64,000 bases of DNA from Nitrospirota bacterium (GTDB lineage: Bacteria > Nitrospirota > UBA9217). Under the pieces are notes generated by a model. It did not search any database, was not told where the DNA came from, and saw only the letters and a list, made by a program, of their open reading frames with translations. Position 1 is the stretch's first letter; each line of letters opens with the position of its first letter. The translations under genes and the position numbers were made by a program. The stretch covers positions 800,001 through 864,000 of the forward strand of contig OY760142.1 of NCBI GenBank assembly GCA_963663225.1, written 5' to 3'. Positions 38,544 through 50,042 of this stretch are shown here, one piece after another.

Positions 38544-38661
38544 GCCGTACCTCCTTTTTTGGATATGAGGTTTTTGATGACTGACATTCTTGTGTCGGCG
38601 CCAGGAAAGCGGGCTGTTTTTACTGCGTAACCTCTTTCAGAATATTTGTGTTTGAAACCGA

Positions 38662-39210
38662 TCAGAAATCAGCACATATTTGTTCAACAGACCGCACTGC
38701 CGCGAACAAGCCGTTCAAGGATGAAAGGAAGGCAGTCTGCACATTCTCTGCTGAAACCGTTTTGTTGCCGAACGACAGTGCTTTTGTCGCGCACGCGTCG
38801 GAAGCGAGAATACAATGAAACCCCAGATCAGCGGCAGCTCGCACGGTCGTATCAACACACATATGGGTCATCATTCCCGCAATCACAAGCCGGTCGATCT
38901 GGATCTGCCGCAGGTGGGCAAGCAGGGGCGTCTCCCGGAAGCTGTTCGGATATTTTTTCTGGAATATAGGCTCCGCGTCTATCGGTGAAACACATCGGTG
39001 AATCTGCACGCCGGGTGTGTCCGGCAGGAAGAAGGTTGCGCCCGGTCGTATGGAAATGTGTTGAATATGAATGACCGGCAAGGCAGCACGCCGAAAGGCT
39101 TGAAGCAACTCTCCTGCTTTTGCGCCTGCCTCAGGACTTCCGTCCAGTTCCATCGCACCACCAGGAAAGTAATCATTTTGAATATCGATAAGAAGAAGGG
39201 ACTGTTTCAT
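38662..39210 (-). CDS. isochorismatase-family cysteine hydrolase
   Basis: IDIQNDYF, K..PNSF, GMMTHMCV. Confidence 0.9.
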   Translation of the reverse strand: MKQSLLLIDIQNDYFPGGAMELDGSPEAGAKAGELLQAFRRAALPVIHIQHISIRPGATFFLPDTPGVQIHRCVSPIDAEPIFQKKYPNSFRETPLLAHLRQIQIDRLVIAGMMTHMCVDTTVRAAADLGFHCILASDACATKALSFGNKTVSAENVQTAFLSSLNGLFAAVRSVEQICADF

Positions 39211-39302
39211 CAAAACCTCTCTTCATGAAATACGCTGTCTTTCTCTGTGAGGACACGGGCATATTCAGTCTGGTTGCGCGTGCTCGCAGAGTAATACCTG
39301 TT

Positions 39303-39725
39303 TTATTTGCTGGCATTCTGTTCAGCCATGATTGCCTTGGCCAGCCACGATCGCAGATCTTCCGGACGTATCGGCGTTCTGGACAGAATATGACCGCGCA
39401 CCGGACCGCTGGCCACACTGGACAGCACAACACTTATCATCCGCGCCATGCCGTAGCAAACATCATTCGGTGCATAGGCAACCGATCCAATGACCCCCCG
39501 CTCCATCCACTGTTGATAAATACTGAGCATCTGCTGCGCAGACTGGTAGCTGACAGCGACGTCCTTTGTTTCGCTCAAATCGATGTATTCTATGGTCTCT
39601 TTTAAATCGTGAGGCAGCTCTAAGACGTTCCTGCCATACTGCAAAACGTCATCAAGTGAAACGACTTCGCTGCCTTTTGCGAGCAGAATTTTCAGGATCG
39701 GGTCAAAATGATACTGAATCGGCAT
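39303..39725 (-). CDS. hypothetical protein (possible STAS/SEC14-like)
   Basis: 140-aa ORF with GGAG RBS; DLS and YGMARM motifs. Confidence 0.55.
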   Translation of the reverse strand: MPIQYHFDPILKILLAKGSEVVSLDDVLQYGRNVLELPHDLKETIEYIDLSETKDVAVSYQSAQQMLSIYQQWMERGVIGSVAYAPNDVCYGMARMISVVLSSVASGPVRGHILSRTPIRPEDLRSWLAKAIMAEQNASK

Positions 39726-39784
39726 ATTAAGTCACTCCGTATTCATCGGCATAGAGAAAAGGAAACAGGCTGCCTACTTCTCAA

Positions 39785-40114
39785 CTATTTTCTGATCATG
39801 ACAAGGACCATCTTGAATTTCGTGTTCGCTTGTAATGCATGCGGTTTGTTTGCGGGCATAATGATCATTTCGCCTTCACAAACCTTGTGCGTTTTCCCGT
39901 CTATCGTTATGTCCGCAGTGCCGTCAATGATCTGGACAAGCGCGTCAAACGGGGCTGTATGTTCACTCAGCCCCTGACCTGATTCGAATGCAAACATCGT
40001 AACCGTTCCAACGCTTTTGTCTATGATTGTTCGGCTGACAACCGAGCCTGTCTGGTACGCAACCAGGTCTTTCATATTCAGGACAATACCAGTAAGATCA
40101 CTCGTATTCTGCAT
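39785..40114 (-). CDS. cupin-domain protein
   Basis: GQGLSEHTAPFDA, MPANKPHAL. Confidence 0.9.
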   Translation of the reverse strand: MQNTSDLTGIVLNMKDLVAYQTGSVVSRTIIDKSVGTVTMFAFESGQGLSEHTAPFDALVQIIDGTADITIDGKTHKVCEGEMIIMPANKPHALQANTKFKMVLVMIRK

Positions 40115-40180
40115 TCGGAATCTCCTTTCTATTCTCTAGAAGCGCCCTCGAGTTTCTGGTTATGTTTTCCTACTGTTTTT

Positions 40181-40630
40181 TCATCCACTCTTGTACCCAG
40201 GGATCAGCAAAGGTTTGCAGGGATAAATCAGGCTCACGAGCAGACCGTTGACTCCGAACTCAACGAAACCTCCCAAATACCATTTGATTGCCAGCATTCC
40301 CGGTATGGGATACAGCACATATTGGTTGAGGTCTACCAGCAGCAGCGCCAGAACGCTGAAGCAAACGCCGTAAAGCATGCCTTCGATGACGGTTCCCCTT
40401 CTTGCCGCTAATCGATAACCGGCAACAAAAAAGCAGGAAATGCCGAACACACCAAGAATGGAGAGCCACATTTTATCCGACATGTCCGGTCGATATAAAT
40501 GCTGTATTTCCTGATCTGCACCCTGCAGCAGCACGAGATGATAGAATATGCCCCAGATCATTGTAAAGGCGGACACTGCGAGAATGGCTGACACGGCCCG
40601 CCGGACATTCAGTATGCTCAGAAAAGCCAT
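40181..40630 (-). CDS. four-TM membrane protein of unknown function
   Basis: Four hydrophobic segments. Confidence 0.6.
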   Translation of the reverse strand: MAFLSILNVRRAVSAILAVSAFTMIWGIFYHLVLLQGADQEIQHLYRPDMSDKMWLSILGVFGISCFFVAGYRLAARRGTVIEGMLYGVCFSVLALLLVDLNQYVLYPIPGMLAIKWYLGGFVEFGVNGLLVSLIYPCKPLLIPGYKSG

Positions 40631-40764
40631 GGATCACCGGTATGAAGGATTTGAGGAATATGCTAGATACGTTACCACAAAAAACGTCCCGTTGTCACGA
40701 AAATTGGAGGGATGCAAAACAATACGGGGGCAGGATTTCGCCATTTTGTATTCTGTTGCTGCTA

Positions 40765-40800
40765 CAAAAAAACCCCTGCCGAATTGCTCCGGCAGGGGTT
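40765..40800 (-). terminator. intrinsic terminator ending the C1 cluster
   Basis: Minus strand aacccctgccg-gagcaatt-cggcaggggtt + U-tract directly after fhs. Confidence 0.85.
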
Positions 40801-40825
40801 GGCGACATACTTAATGAAATCTTAT

Positions 40826-42589
40826 TTAAAACACTCCCTTAACCTTCCCCGTTTCCACATCAACATCCACGCGGCGATATGCCGGGTCTGATGCAGTGCC
40901 GGGCATAAGCGTGATGGCGCCAGCGACAGGAACCACGAAGCCTGCTCCCTTGAAGGTCAGAATGTCTCTGATCCGGAGCCTCCAGCCTTTAGGCACTCCT
41001 TTCAGGTTCGGATTGTCCGTGAGCGAGAGATGGGTCTTTACCATGCAGGTGCCCATCTTGGCAAGCTCGGGATCGGCCTCCATTTTTTTGGCCTTGGCCT
41101 CTGCCTCGGGCGTGTAGTCCACACCGTCCGCGCCGTACACTTCTTTTGCGATCAGTTCAATGCGCTGGCGGAGCGGGGTGGTAAGCTCGTACAGGTACTT
41201 GAAGTCGTTCTTCTCATTGCACGCGTCAACGACCGCGTCCGCGAATTCCAAAGCGCCGTCGCCGCCTTTTTCCCAGTGGCGCGACAGGGCGACGCGGGCG
41301 CCGGCTGCTTCGGCAACGCGCCGGACCGTCTTGATTTCGTTCTCGGTGTCCGTGTAAAAAGCGTTGATGCAGACCACCGGATTGATGCCGGCCTTCTTCA
41401 CCGTCTTGATGTGATGGATCAGATTTTCGCAGCCTTTTTCCACCCATCCCACGTTCTCTCCCTTGTATTCATCCGGGACCGGCTTGCCCGGCACCGGAAT
41501 CGGCGCCCCGCCGTGGCACTTAAGCGCACGGATGGTGGCCACGACCACTGCCGCGTGCGGCTTGAGGCCTGACATGCGGCACTTGAGGTTCCAGAATTTT
41601 TCGAATCCGATGTCCGCGGCAAAACCTGATTCGGTGATTACATAGTCGCCGAGTTTGAGCGCCACCCGGTCCGCGATAATGGATGATTGGCCAATGGCGA
41701 TGTTCGCGAAGGGCCCCGCGTGCACGAACACGGGCTGTCCCTCGATGGTCTGGAGCAGGTTCGGATTCAGTGCCTCCACCATCCAGGCGGTCATGGCGCC
41801 GTCCACGCCGAGGTCAGCTGTAGTGACCGGCGTTCCGTCCTTGCTGTACGCCACCACGATCCTGCCCATGCGCTCGCGCATGTCTTTAAGATCCTTGGCA
41901 ACCGCAAGAATGGCCATGACTTCCGACGACACGGCAATGGCGAAGCCGGATTTCATCATGAACCCGTTGGATTTGCCGCCCATGCCGATGACAATCTCCC
42001 GGAGCGACTGCGCGCAGAAGTCGATGATCCACTTCATCTCGACATTGTGCGGGTCGATGTTCAGACGTTTCAGTTTTCTTTTTGCGAGCTGCTCATCCGT
42101 GTAGTTGAATTCGTGCTGCATGCGAGACGTCAGCGCGACCATGGCGAGGTTGTGCGCATTCATGATGGCGTTGATATCCCCGGTAAGGCCGAGGGAAAAC
42201 GGCGTGAGCGGAATGACCTGCGACAGACCGCCTCCCGCCGCGGAGCCCTTGATGTTCATGGTGGGGCCGCCGGAAGGCTGGCGAATCGTGGCGATCACGT
42301 TCTTTCCGCGCTTGCCCAGGCCCTGCGCCAGGCCGATGGTCGAAGTGGATTTCCCTTCGCCGAGAGGCGTCGGCGTGATTGCCGTTACGTCGATGTACTT
42401 GCCGTCCGGTTTGCCTTCAAAGCGTTTCAGCACGCTTTTGAAATCCACCTTTGCGATGAAATGACCGTGCGGCAGAAGTTCCTCTGTTTTCAGTCCCATC
42501 TTCTCCGCAATCTCCGAAATGGGTTTCATTCGTGTTTCAGCGTCTTCTGCAATTTCCCAATCTGCATGATTTTTTGGATCCAGTGCCAT
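40826..42589 (-). CDS. fhs: formate--tetrahydrofolate ligase
   Basis: [33 protein letters not shown]. Confidence 0.97.
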   Translation of the reverse strand: MALDPKNHADWEIAEDAETRMKPISEIAEKMGLKTEELLPHGHFIAKVDFKSVLKRFEGKPDGKYIDVTAITPTPLGEGKSTSTIGLAQGLGKRGKNVIATIRQPSGGPTMNIKGSAAGGGLSQVIPLTPFSLGLTGDINAIMNAHNLAMVALTSRMQHEFNYTDEQLAKRKLKRLNIDPHNVEMKWIIDFCAQSLREIVIGMGGKSNGFMMKSGFAIAVSSEVMAILAVAKDLKDMRERMGRIVVAYSKDGTPVTTADLGVDGAMTAWMVEALNPNLLQTIEGQPVFVHAGPFANIAIGQSSIIADRVALKLGDYVITESGFAADIGFEKFWNLKCRMSGLKPHAAVVVATIRALKCHGGAPIPVPGKPVPDEYKGENVGWVEKGCENLIHHIKTVKKAGINPVVCINAFYTDTENEIKTVRRVAEAAGARVALSRHWEKGGDGALEFADAVVDACNEKNDFKYLYELTTPLRQRIELIAKEVYGADGVDYTPEAEAKAKKMEADPELAKMGTCMVKTHLSLTDNPNLKGVPKGWRLRIRDILTFKGAGFVVPVAGAITLMPGTASDPAYRRVDVDVETGKVKGVF

Positions 42590-42655
42590 TCAGCATCCCC
42601 CCTTTAAAAGTTTGTTCAAACTGTTTGGATTGCGTGCATATCAATCAGTAAAATC

Positions 42656-45346
42656 TCATGCAATACGCTCAATACGTACCGCCGAAACTTTGAACTCCGG
42701 TATTTTACAAACAGGATCAAGCGCCGTATTGCTCGTCAGCACATTCGCGGCAGCCTCCTTGAAATGAAACGGAATGAACACGACGCCGCTGCCTGTTCTG
42801 TTGCTGATCCTGGCCTTTACCTGAATGGAACCGCGGCGTGAGGACACCTTCACCGGCATGCCCTCGCTGATGGAAAGAGCGGCCGCATCTTCGGAATTGA
42901 TCTCGATGTATGCCTCAGGGGCAACCCGGTCAATCGGCTTTACTTTTCTCGTCATCGTGCCGGTATGATATTGAAACAGCATTCTTCCGGTCGTGAGAAT
43001 GAACGGGTATTCCTTGTCAGGCTGCTCCACGGACGGTTTGTATGTCACGGTGGTAAACCTGCCTTTTCCTCGCGGAAAACCATCCTCAAATAGATGGGCG
43101 GTTCCGGGGTGGTCAGGCGTAGGACAGGGCCATTGCAGTCCGCCTTTGTCAATCCTGCCGTACGTCATGCCGGCAAGAGCGGTCCACGCTCTGGCGATTT
43201 CATTGAATACGTCCTCAGTGTGGTGATATAGCATGGCGCAACCCATGCGTTGTCCGAGCTGCATGATGATACGGGAATCCTTCATGGCCTGGCCCGGCGG
43301 GTTCACCGCCTGCCGGACGCGCTGTACGCGCCGCTCTGTATTGGTAAACGTGCCGGACTTCTCCGCAAAAACCGCGGCAGGCAGAACCACGTCCGCGAGC
43401 GCCGCTGTTTCCGTCATGAAGATGTCCTGGACCACGAGAAACTCAAGTGCCTTGAGCGCTTTCACGGTGTGTGCAACATCAGGGTCGCTCACGACCGGGT
43501 TTTCACCCATGATGTACATCGCCTTGAGCGCGCCTCTCTCCGCGGCAACAAGCATATCGGGAGCCGTCATTCCTTCCCTGTCGGAAAGCCCGGCCTGCCA
43601 GAGTGTTTCGAATTTCTCCCTGGTTGCGGGATCGGTCACGCGCTGGTATCCGGGATAGGTGTTCGGAATGCATCCCATGTCCGTGGCCCCCTGCACATTA
43701 TTCTGGCCCCGCAGCGGATTTACCCCTCCGCCTTCCCTGCCAAGGTTTCCCGTCAAGAGCGCGAGGTTTGCAACCGAAAATACGTTGTCCGTGCCGTGCG
43801 AATGCTGGGTGATGCCCATGGTGTAATAGATTCCGGCCTTGTCCGCTTCCGCATACATGCGGGCGGCTCTTATGATCGTATCTTTCGGGACACCGGTTAT
43901 TTTTTCAGCCCACTCAGGTGTGTATCCGTTGAGATTGTTTTTGAACGTCGCATCGAACCCTTCGGTCCTGGACGCGATAAAATCGAGGTCGGCCAATTCT
44001 TCCTGCAGAATCACCTGCATCATCGCGTTCAAAAGAGCGACGTCTGTTCCTGGCCGGTGCTGCATCCATATGTCCGCAAACCGCACAAGCGGAACCTTCC
44101 GCGGGTCAGCTATGATCAGCTTCGAGCCGTTCTTTTTTGCCTTGATCATCCTGAGAGCTATGATGGGGTGGTTTTCCTTGGTGTTCGAACCGATGACAAA
44201 CAGCACGTCGGTGTTCTCAATCTCCGCAATGGAATTTGTCATTGCGCCAGAACCGAATACTGTGGCCAGACCGGCCACCGTTGCGCTGTGTCAGTACCGG
44301 GCGCAGTGGTCCACGTTGTTCGTGCCGACCGCAGCGCGCATGAATTTCTGGAAGAGATAGTTTTCTTCATTGGTACACCGCGCGGAGCTGAGCCCCCCGA
44401 TTGAATCAGGACCATGTTCCTTCCGTATTGCGGTAAGCCTTTCCGCTGTGTACTGAAGCGCTTCGTCCCATGAAACTTTGACAAAGACGCCGTTTTTTCT
44501 GATGAGCGGCGTGGTGAGACGCTCGGGGCTCTGGATGAAGCTGCTGCCGAACCTTCCCTTTACGCAGAGCCATCCTTCGTTCACCGTGTCCGGGCGTGAC
44601 GCCACGCGCACCACGGTGTTTCTGATTACGTGCAGGGTAAGGTTGCATCCGCACCCGCAGTACGGGCAAACTGTGTCGATCAACCGAACGTCTTTCAACC
44701 GCCCCCTGCCGAGTGATTCTTTGCCGGTCAGCGCGCCGGTCGGGCAGACGCTCACGCACTGGCCGCAGAACTCGCATTCGAGCCCTTTTCCTCCGGGCGT
44801 CGAGACCCTGGCATGAAAACCGCGGAAGGCGAAATCGATCGCGCTTACTCCCTGCACCTGATTGCACGCACGCACGCATTTGCCGCACAGGATGCACTTC
44901 TCCATGTCCCAGTCGATGAAGGGATTTTCATTTTTTTCAGAAGCGGATTTTTTTTCGCCGGAAAAGCGGCTTGTCTTCAGATTGTAAAAATAAAACAATT
45001 CCTGCAGGGTGCAGTCGCCCGCCTTTTCGCACAGCATGCAGTCGTTCGGATGACCGGCAAGAATCAGTTCAAGAATGGTTCGGCGCAGGCGCTCTATCTC
45101 GTCGTTCGAAGTTTCAATCTCCATGCCGTCCGCCGCGGGCGTCGTGCAGGCGGTTACCAGTTTCGGCATGCCCTTGATCTGGACAAGGCAGAGCCTGCAT
45201 CCGCCGTAGGGTTCCAGCCGCTGGTCGTCGCAGAGCGTGGGAATGTACATGCCATTCCTGCGCGCCGCTTCGAGGATTGTGGTCCCCTTTGGCACGCTCA
45301 CCTGTTTTCCGTCAATCGCGAGTGCAATCATGTTCTGTTGTGTCAT
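42656..45346 (-). CDS. fdhA: selenocysteine formate dehydrogenase alpha subunit with N-terminal NuoG-like Fe-S domain
   Basis: ORFs 44291-45391 and 42656-44278 are in one frame separated only by TGA in DHCARY-U-HSATVAGL; [2Fe-2S] and several [4Fe-4S] motifs; CPYCGCGC; LRGQNNVQG. Confidence 0.93.
44262..44278 (-). promoter_or_regulatory. bacterial SECIS element
   Basis: GUGGCC-GGUCU-GGCCAC hairpin starting about 12 nt after UGA, same layout as the E. coli fdhF SECIS. Confidence 0.85.
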
Positions 45347-45412
45347 GGTTCGTGAAGTATGCGGATGTTTTGCTGGAGTATTTTCTGCCAACGCTGCCGC
45401 GAATTTCGGAAA

Positions 45413-47593
45413 TCAGAACATCGGCTCCATGGCGAGCGCGGGATGGTTCTTTTCCGTAAGAAACACCATCAGGGCATCAATATCTTCAGCCGCGGTTTCG
45501 TCGGCGATTCTGTCCATGAGGTCGGGCACACCCTCTTCTTCGGCCCTTTGTTTAAACTGCTCGGCAAACGTCTCTTTCAAATTTTTGGTCATCCAGACAA
45601 TGCGCTTGAAGCCGCCGTCTGCCTGAAGAAACTTTTTGCTCAGCAAAAAGAACCGCCCCACCCCCATGAAGCCGGGTGTCTGGACGCCCCCGCCCACCAT
45701 GCCTGCCAGCGCGGAAAACTTCATGCCGATGGGGGTCATGCCCGCATGACCGCGGTGCACCACCATCACGCCGTTCGCCTCCGGCACGATTGCGACAATG
45801 CATTCAAAGCACCCGCAGGACGTCATGGGATTGTCCATGATGGTGTAGGCGTTGAAGGTTTCAAGCGCCTGGTGGGACGCGTGGAAAAGGTAATCGTCCA
45901 CGCCCTTCCAGCGGCCTTTTTTTGCGTCAAGCGTTTCGATCTTTTTAATGGGCTGGTTTGCTCCGTTCGGATCTATCTCATACGCGGCCCTGGCGTCCAG
46001 CCAGTTGTACGCGCCGCACAGGCCCAGCCGCTCCGGCGTCACAATGCAGACATGGTTCGGCGCAAAGCTCTGGCACAGAAGGCAGGAATAGAACGTGTCA
46101 ACGGACTCATCCGTCATGGCTGCAAGCCGCACGTCCCGCTCAACGTACGCTTTCTGTGCGTCCGCGAGCAGCTTCCGGATGTCGGCGTCGTCGATGCAAA
46201 GAGTTACCTGCACCTTGTCCACGATATTGGCGAACTTGTGCTTGATCTGGGTCGTGAGAATATCCCCAAGATGCCTCAACTGGAAGCCGTCCTGCAGTGC
46301 GTTTTTGCTGATTCGCAACCAGTTCTGGTCCCGCTGGCCCATGTGCCAGATGCCCTGGGCTTCATTGATGAAGTAATGGATCTTCCGTTCGAGCACCGGC
46401 TCGAAGTCCTTCTGCATCTTCTTGCCCGCGACTTCCACCACAATGCCGAGCGGCATCTGTCCGCCCTGCCGGTACCGGTCCTCGGCGCCGGCCCCCGCAA
46501 TAATGACCTTGCCGTCTTCAACCGTCCCGAGTTCCGCGGTCCGGAGCCATTCAAAGGAGGGCGTGCGCTGGCCCCCGAATTCGACATGCGTGTCTTCCTT
46601 GCGGACGCGTTCGCCTTCAAAGGCGGGACCGAACGCGACCGGAATCGGGGGTTTTGATACGGTTATTTTGAGGCCGCGCACTTCAAGGCACCGGTCCACG
46701 ATTTTGGCGGAATCAAGCTCCTTCTCGATAGCCTCGTTGGCGGTAATGCCGGGAAGTTTGAGCACGGGGACATCCGTATTGCACACGACGGGAAACCCCA
46801 TGTTGATCGCGCCCGCGCCGGTGGCGATGATCGTTTCGTTCACCGGGCCGAGCACCATGACAAAAGCGAACACTTTTTCCCTGCAGTACTTCAGAATGTT
46901 TGCCCTGTCTCCGCCTTTCAGTCCGCCGAACGTGAGGCTCGCCCGCGCGGCCCAATTGATGGCATACACGGCATGCTCCACGTCGGGACCGAGAGGAACA
47001 AGGCGGGTGTCCAGTCCGAGCTGGACCCCTTTCCGTAGCAGCTGCTTGGTCATGCTGTCGCCGTTCACATTCCCGCACAGGATGGTCAGCATGTTTTTCT
47101 GCTGCAGATCGCGGGCGATCCTGACGGCCTGATCGTCGTCATCGGCAGCGCCCACGATGCACGCAAACCCGGGCATGGAGCCGTCCACAAGCTGGACGCC
47201 GAGATGCCGCAGAACGGTGTCCGAGATGAAGCCGTTGTAAGCAGGCCCGATTGCGTCGTCCTTCACGGGTTCCAGGCCATAGAGGCCGCGGAGAGCCATG
47301 ATCATCTCCTGTGCGAAGAGCGTCGCCATGCCCGCGTCCAGCACCCCTGCCATCGTGTTTTCCTTGGGGACCAGCGGTTTTACATGCCGCTCAAGAACGG
47401 TCTTCATGTCGCCCGCGGTCCTCACCTCAAACCCGGTCATGGAGAACAGGAGCGGGAGGAAGTAGGCCGTGTCCGGAAATTCAACCGCGCAATCCGCACC
47501 TTTTTCACGAACGGCCTTCTGAACAAGATCGTCGGCCTGCTGCAGATAATGATGCAGGCCCTGCATGGCGCCTGCAATAATGACTTCCGACAT
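45413..47593 (-). CDS. acsB: acetyl-CoA synthase (A-cluster subunit)
   Basis: FPDTAYFLP, CLLCQSFAPNHVC, GLCGA, PMTSCGCFE. Confidence 0.95.
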   Translation of the reverse strand: MSEVIIAGAMQGLHHYLQQADDLVQKAVREKGADCAVEFPDTAYFLPLLFSMTGFEVRTAGDMKTVLERHVKPLVPKENTMAGVLDAGMATLFAQEMIMALRGLYGLEPVKDDAIGPAYNGFISDTVLRHLGVQLVDGSMPGFACIVGAADDDDQAVRIARDLQQKNMLTILCGNVNGDSMTKQLLRKGVQLGLDTRLVPLGPDVEHAVYAINWAARASLTFGGLKGGDRANILKYCREKVFAFVMVLGPVNETIIATGAGAINMGFPVVCNTDVPVLKLPGITANEAIEKELDSAKIVDRCLEVRGLKITVSKPPIPVAFGPAFEGERVRKEDTHVEFGGQRTPSFEWLRTAELGTVEDGKVIIAGAGAEDRYRQGGQMPLGIVVEVAGKKMQKDFEPVLERKIHYFINEAQGIWHMGQRDQNWLRISKNALQDGFQLRHLGDILTTQIKHKFANIVDKVQVTLCIDDADIRKLLADAQKAYVERDVRLAAMTDESVDTFYSCLLCQSFAPNHVCIVTPERLGLCGAYNWLDARAAYEIDPNGANQPIKKIETLDAKKGRWKGVDDYLFHASHQALETFNAYTIMDNPMTSCGCFECIVAIVPEANGVMVVHRGHAGMTPIGMKFSALAGMVGGGVQTPGFMGVGRFFLLSKKFLQADGGFKRIVWMTKNLKETFAEQFKQRAEEEGVPDLMDRIADETAAEDIDALMVFLTEKNHPALAMEPMF

Positions 47594-47626
47594 GAACAAC
47601 CCCTGAATAGCGTGAATGATTTTTGG

Positions 47627-48967
47627 CTATGCCCGCGCCTTTAAAAAACCCGGCAGTTGGTTTGCCTCGCGCGGTCCGACAATGATCTTCCAGCCCGGCA
47701 GTTTTTCCTCAAGCGCACCCGAAATAATCGCGACATATCCGGGAATGATCAGCTCCCGGTGGCTGATGTTTTTCTCGGCCCCGCTTTCAACGATAAACTG
47801 CGCGATTTTGCTGGCCGTGAATTTTCCGGCGGCCCACGCCGTCAACACCGACATGCCTTCATTATCCATGATGGCAAGCCAGGACGGCACCTTGCTGTTC
47901 TCGATTTCTCCGCGGACGATAAAATACGTGAGTGAAAAGTTGGTGGTGACGATAAGCGGGGATTTTTCCCCGGCATCGCCCACTTTGTAAATGTTCTGCG
48001 CAACCTGCATCGGCACCTGAGGGTCCGTGTAGATGTTCTGACGGAGCGACAGCAGGGCCAGCATTTTCCATTTTTCGACGCTGTCAAGCACGATGAGGGA
48101 GGCGTATTTCATGATACCGATGGCCGCGGCCATTGCCCCGGCGAGAGTGCTTTCCTCCCGTGCGAAACTGATTATCGGATAACCGAGCGATTTGAAGTTC
48201 TTTTTGATCGCCGCACGGCGGATGATCGTATAGTGCTGCACCATGTCCCCGGCAGTGCGCGCGCCCGAGTCGAGGACCAAATCTTCAATGCCGAGTCCCT
48301 TCATTTTTTCCGAAAGCGCGGCAAGGGCATCAAGCCCGTCAGCCGACACGACGAGCGGCGCTTTTTTCTCCTTCGCGATCCTGGCCATTGCTTCCGCATT
48401 TCCGGCTGTGGCTGCGTAGAGCAGCGGCCGTTTGTCCGCGCAGTGGGCCAGGCCCGCTTCAATCGTCGCGGGGTCCTTGCTCATAAGAACAAGAGGAATG
48501 TCCGGCGCCGTGGTGGCAACCTGCTTTACCACGGAAGCGAAGGCCGCGCTGTCACCGCCTTCGTCCGATATTGCGATCGCTTCCACCCGCAGCTTCTGGC
48601 CGACCCGGTCAATCTCCGATGCCTTGACCGCTTCGATTTTTGCCGCCGCGGCATCGCCCGCTTCGGAAGCCTTGATCGCTACGGCAAGCACGCAGGGGTT
48701 GTAAAATTTTTTTTCATGCCTGAACAGGCATATCTCGTCGCCCGCCTTCACCGCCTTCGCGCCCGCGCCGATGGCAACGGACCGGATCGGCGGCGCTGCC
48801 GCTTCGCCCAGGATTTTTTTCGCCTCTTCAGAAGCGTCCGGACAGGCATCAAGGTTTGCCTGCTTGGCGGCAAGCTTCATGGCAAACGCCAGGCAGGTGG
48901 GATGACCGCATTTTTTGCAGTTGGATTTCGGCAATAATTTGAAAATTTCGATACCCGAAAGCGCCAT
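47627..48967 (-). CDS. acsC: corrinoid Fe-S protein, large subunit
   Basis: LPKSNCKKCGHPTCLAFA...CP, IYTDPQ, TTNFSLTYF, SVLTAWAAGKF. Confidence 0.95.
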   Translation of the reverse strand: MALSGIEIFKLLPKSNCKKCGHPTCLAFAMKLAAKQANLDACPDASEEAKKILGEAAAPPIRSVAIGAGAKAVKAGDEICLFRHEKKFYNPCVLAVAIKASEAGDAAAAKIEAVKASEIDRVGQKLRVEAIAISDEGGDSAAFASVVKQVATTAPDIPLVLMSKDPATIEAGLAHCADKRPLLYAATAGNAEAMARIAKEKKAPLVVSADGLDALAALSEKMKGLGIEDLVLDSGARTAGDMVQHYTIIRRAAIKKNFKSLGYPIISFAREESTLAGAMAAAIGIMKYASLIVLDSVEKWKMLALLSLRQNIYTDPQVPMQVAQNIYKVGDAGEKSPLIVTTNFSLTYFIVRGEIENSKVPSWLAIMDNEGMSVLTAWAAGKFTASKIAQFIVESGAEKNISHRELIIPGYVAIISGALEEKLPGWKIIVGPREANQLPGFLKARA

Positions 48968-48991
48968 GTCACGTTCCTTTCAGAGAAAAGC

Positions 48992-49933
48992 TTAACCCAG
49001 CAATTCTGCTATTGTTTCTTTTGTTTTTATCACAGCGCCCGGATGGCGCATGATCAGCAGATCGGCGCCCGAGACCAGCATGGCCGAGGCAGTGACCGCC
49101 TCCCACGCAAGCGCCCGGTCCTCAAGGGCTCCCCACTCCGCGGCTTCGGATTCCGGCGCAATGGTTTCCTTGACCTTCCAAACCTGCTCACCGATATCGC
49201 AGACAATGGGCGTCTGCATCATCTGGTCATTCTGCAGGAGCGCGGCCAGGCGGATACGCTCCATAACGCTGTAGGTATACTCAAGGCCGTACCCGAGCGC
49301 CGACGACATCGGGTCGATGATGATCCGCTCCCTGTCGAGTCCCATCTGCGTCAGCAGGATGTTGAGCTGTTTTGCCAGGTTCACATCGAGCTGGCTCATG
49401 GCGATCAGCTTATGGTCGTTTGCCATCGCTGCCGCGGCCACGGTCTTATAGTTCTCTTCAACCGCCTTGCCGATCGCGCAGTTTTTGCCGCGCGTGGCCG
49501 CTGCAGCAGCCTGGAGCACCTGGCCGTCTTTTTCCGCGTGGCCGCTGCCGAGAAGAATCAGGGGAATGTCGATGGCCGCAGCCACTTCGCCTGCAATCCG
49601 GGCGGCGTCCTCCGCACTCCTGTTCTGCTGGTCCGGGTGCGTGCCCATGAGCCTGAGCGCCACCATGTCCGCCCCGTTCTGCTGGCAGAATTTCGCCCAC
49701 TGCACCGGCGAAGACGCCGCGACGCCGATTGCCTTTTTCACCGTCTCAGGCCAGTCTGCGGGAGCGCTGTCCGTGATCTCCATCGCCAGGGCGGGTTTGT
49801 TCGGAAACGATCCTTCGAACCTCAGGAAGGGAAGCGCCGTCGCCCCGCCGATAGTCACCGCTTGTGCGCCGGTCCCGATCTGCACAGTATATATTTTCCC
49901 GGTATAGTTCTCTTTCGGAACGGTCAATGCCAT
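48992..49933 (-). CDS. acsD: corrinoid Fe-S protein, small subunit
   Basis: DVNLAKQLN, LGYGLEYTYSVMERIR, MRHP. Confidence 0.95.
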   Translation of the reverse strand: MALTVPKENYTGKIYTVQIGTGAQAVTIGGATALPFLRFEGSFPNKPALAMEITDSAPADWPETVKKAIGVAASSPVQWAKFCQQNGADMVALRLMGTHPDQQNRSAEDAARIAGEVAAAIDIPLILLGSGHAEKDGQVLQAAAAATRGKNCAIGKAVEENYKTVAAAAMANDHKLIAMSQLDVNLAKQLNILLTQMGLDRERIIIDPMSSALGYGLEYTYSVMERIRLAALLQNDQMMQTPIVCDIGEQVWKVKETIAPESEAAEWGALEDRALAWEAVTASAMLVSGADLLIMRHPGAVIKTKETIAELLG

Positions 49934-50042
49934 GAATGCCTCCGTGTTGATTTGTCACGCGGGCCGTCACTTCGTTTTCGACGGCACTATTTTTTCACGC
50001 CTCCGTGCGGGACGCGCGATCCATTTTATCTCCGGTATTCCG

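Noticed and set aside
44291-45391. Separate Fe-S gene plus a truncated or pseudogenised fdh
   Set aside because: The in-frame UGA at the catalytic position and a SECIS explain it as one selenoprotein.
45359-46657. Long plus-strand ORFs over acsB, fdhA and fhs, and a minus-strand ORF over gltX (28315-29463)
   Set aside because: Antisense shadows of GC-rich, motif-supported genes; they carry no recognisable motifs.
49934-50042. Hairpin and duplicated cacggaggc before acsD as a cobalamin, THF or ZTP riboswitch
   Set aside because: Too short, with none of the conserved cores; the repeat may simply be a duplicated RBS.
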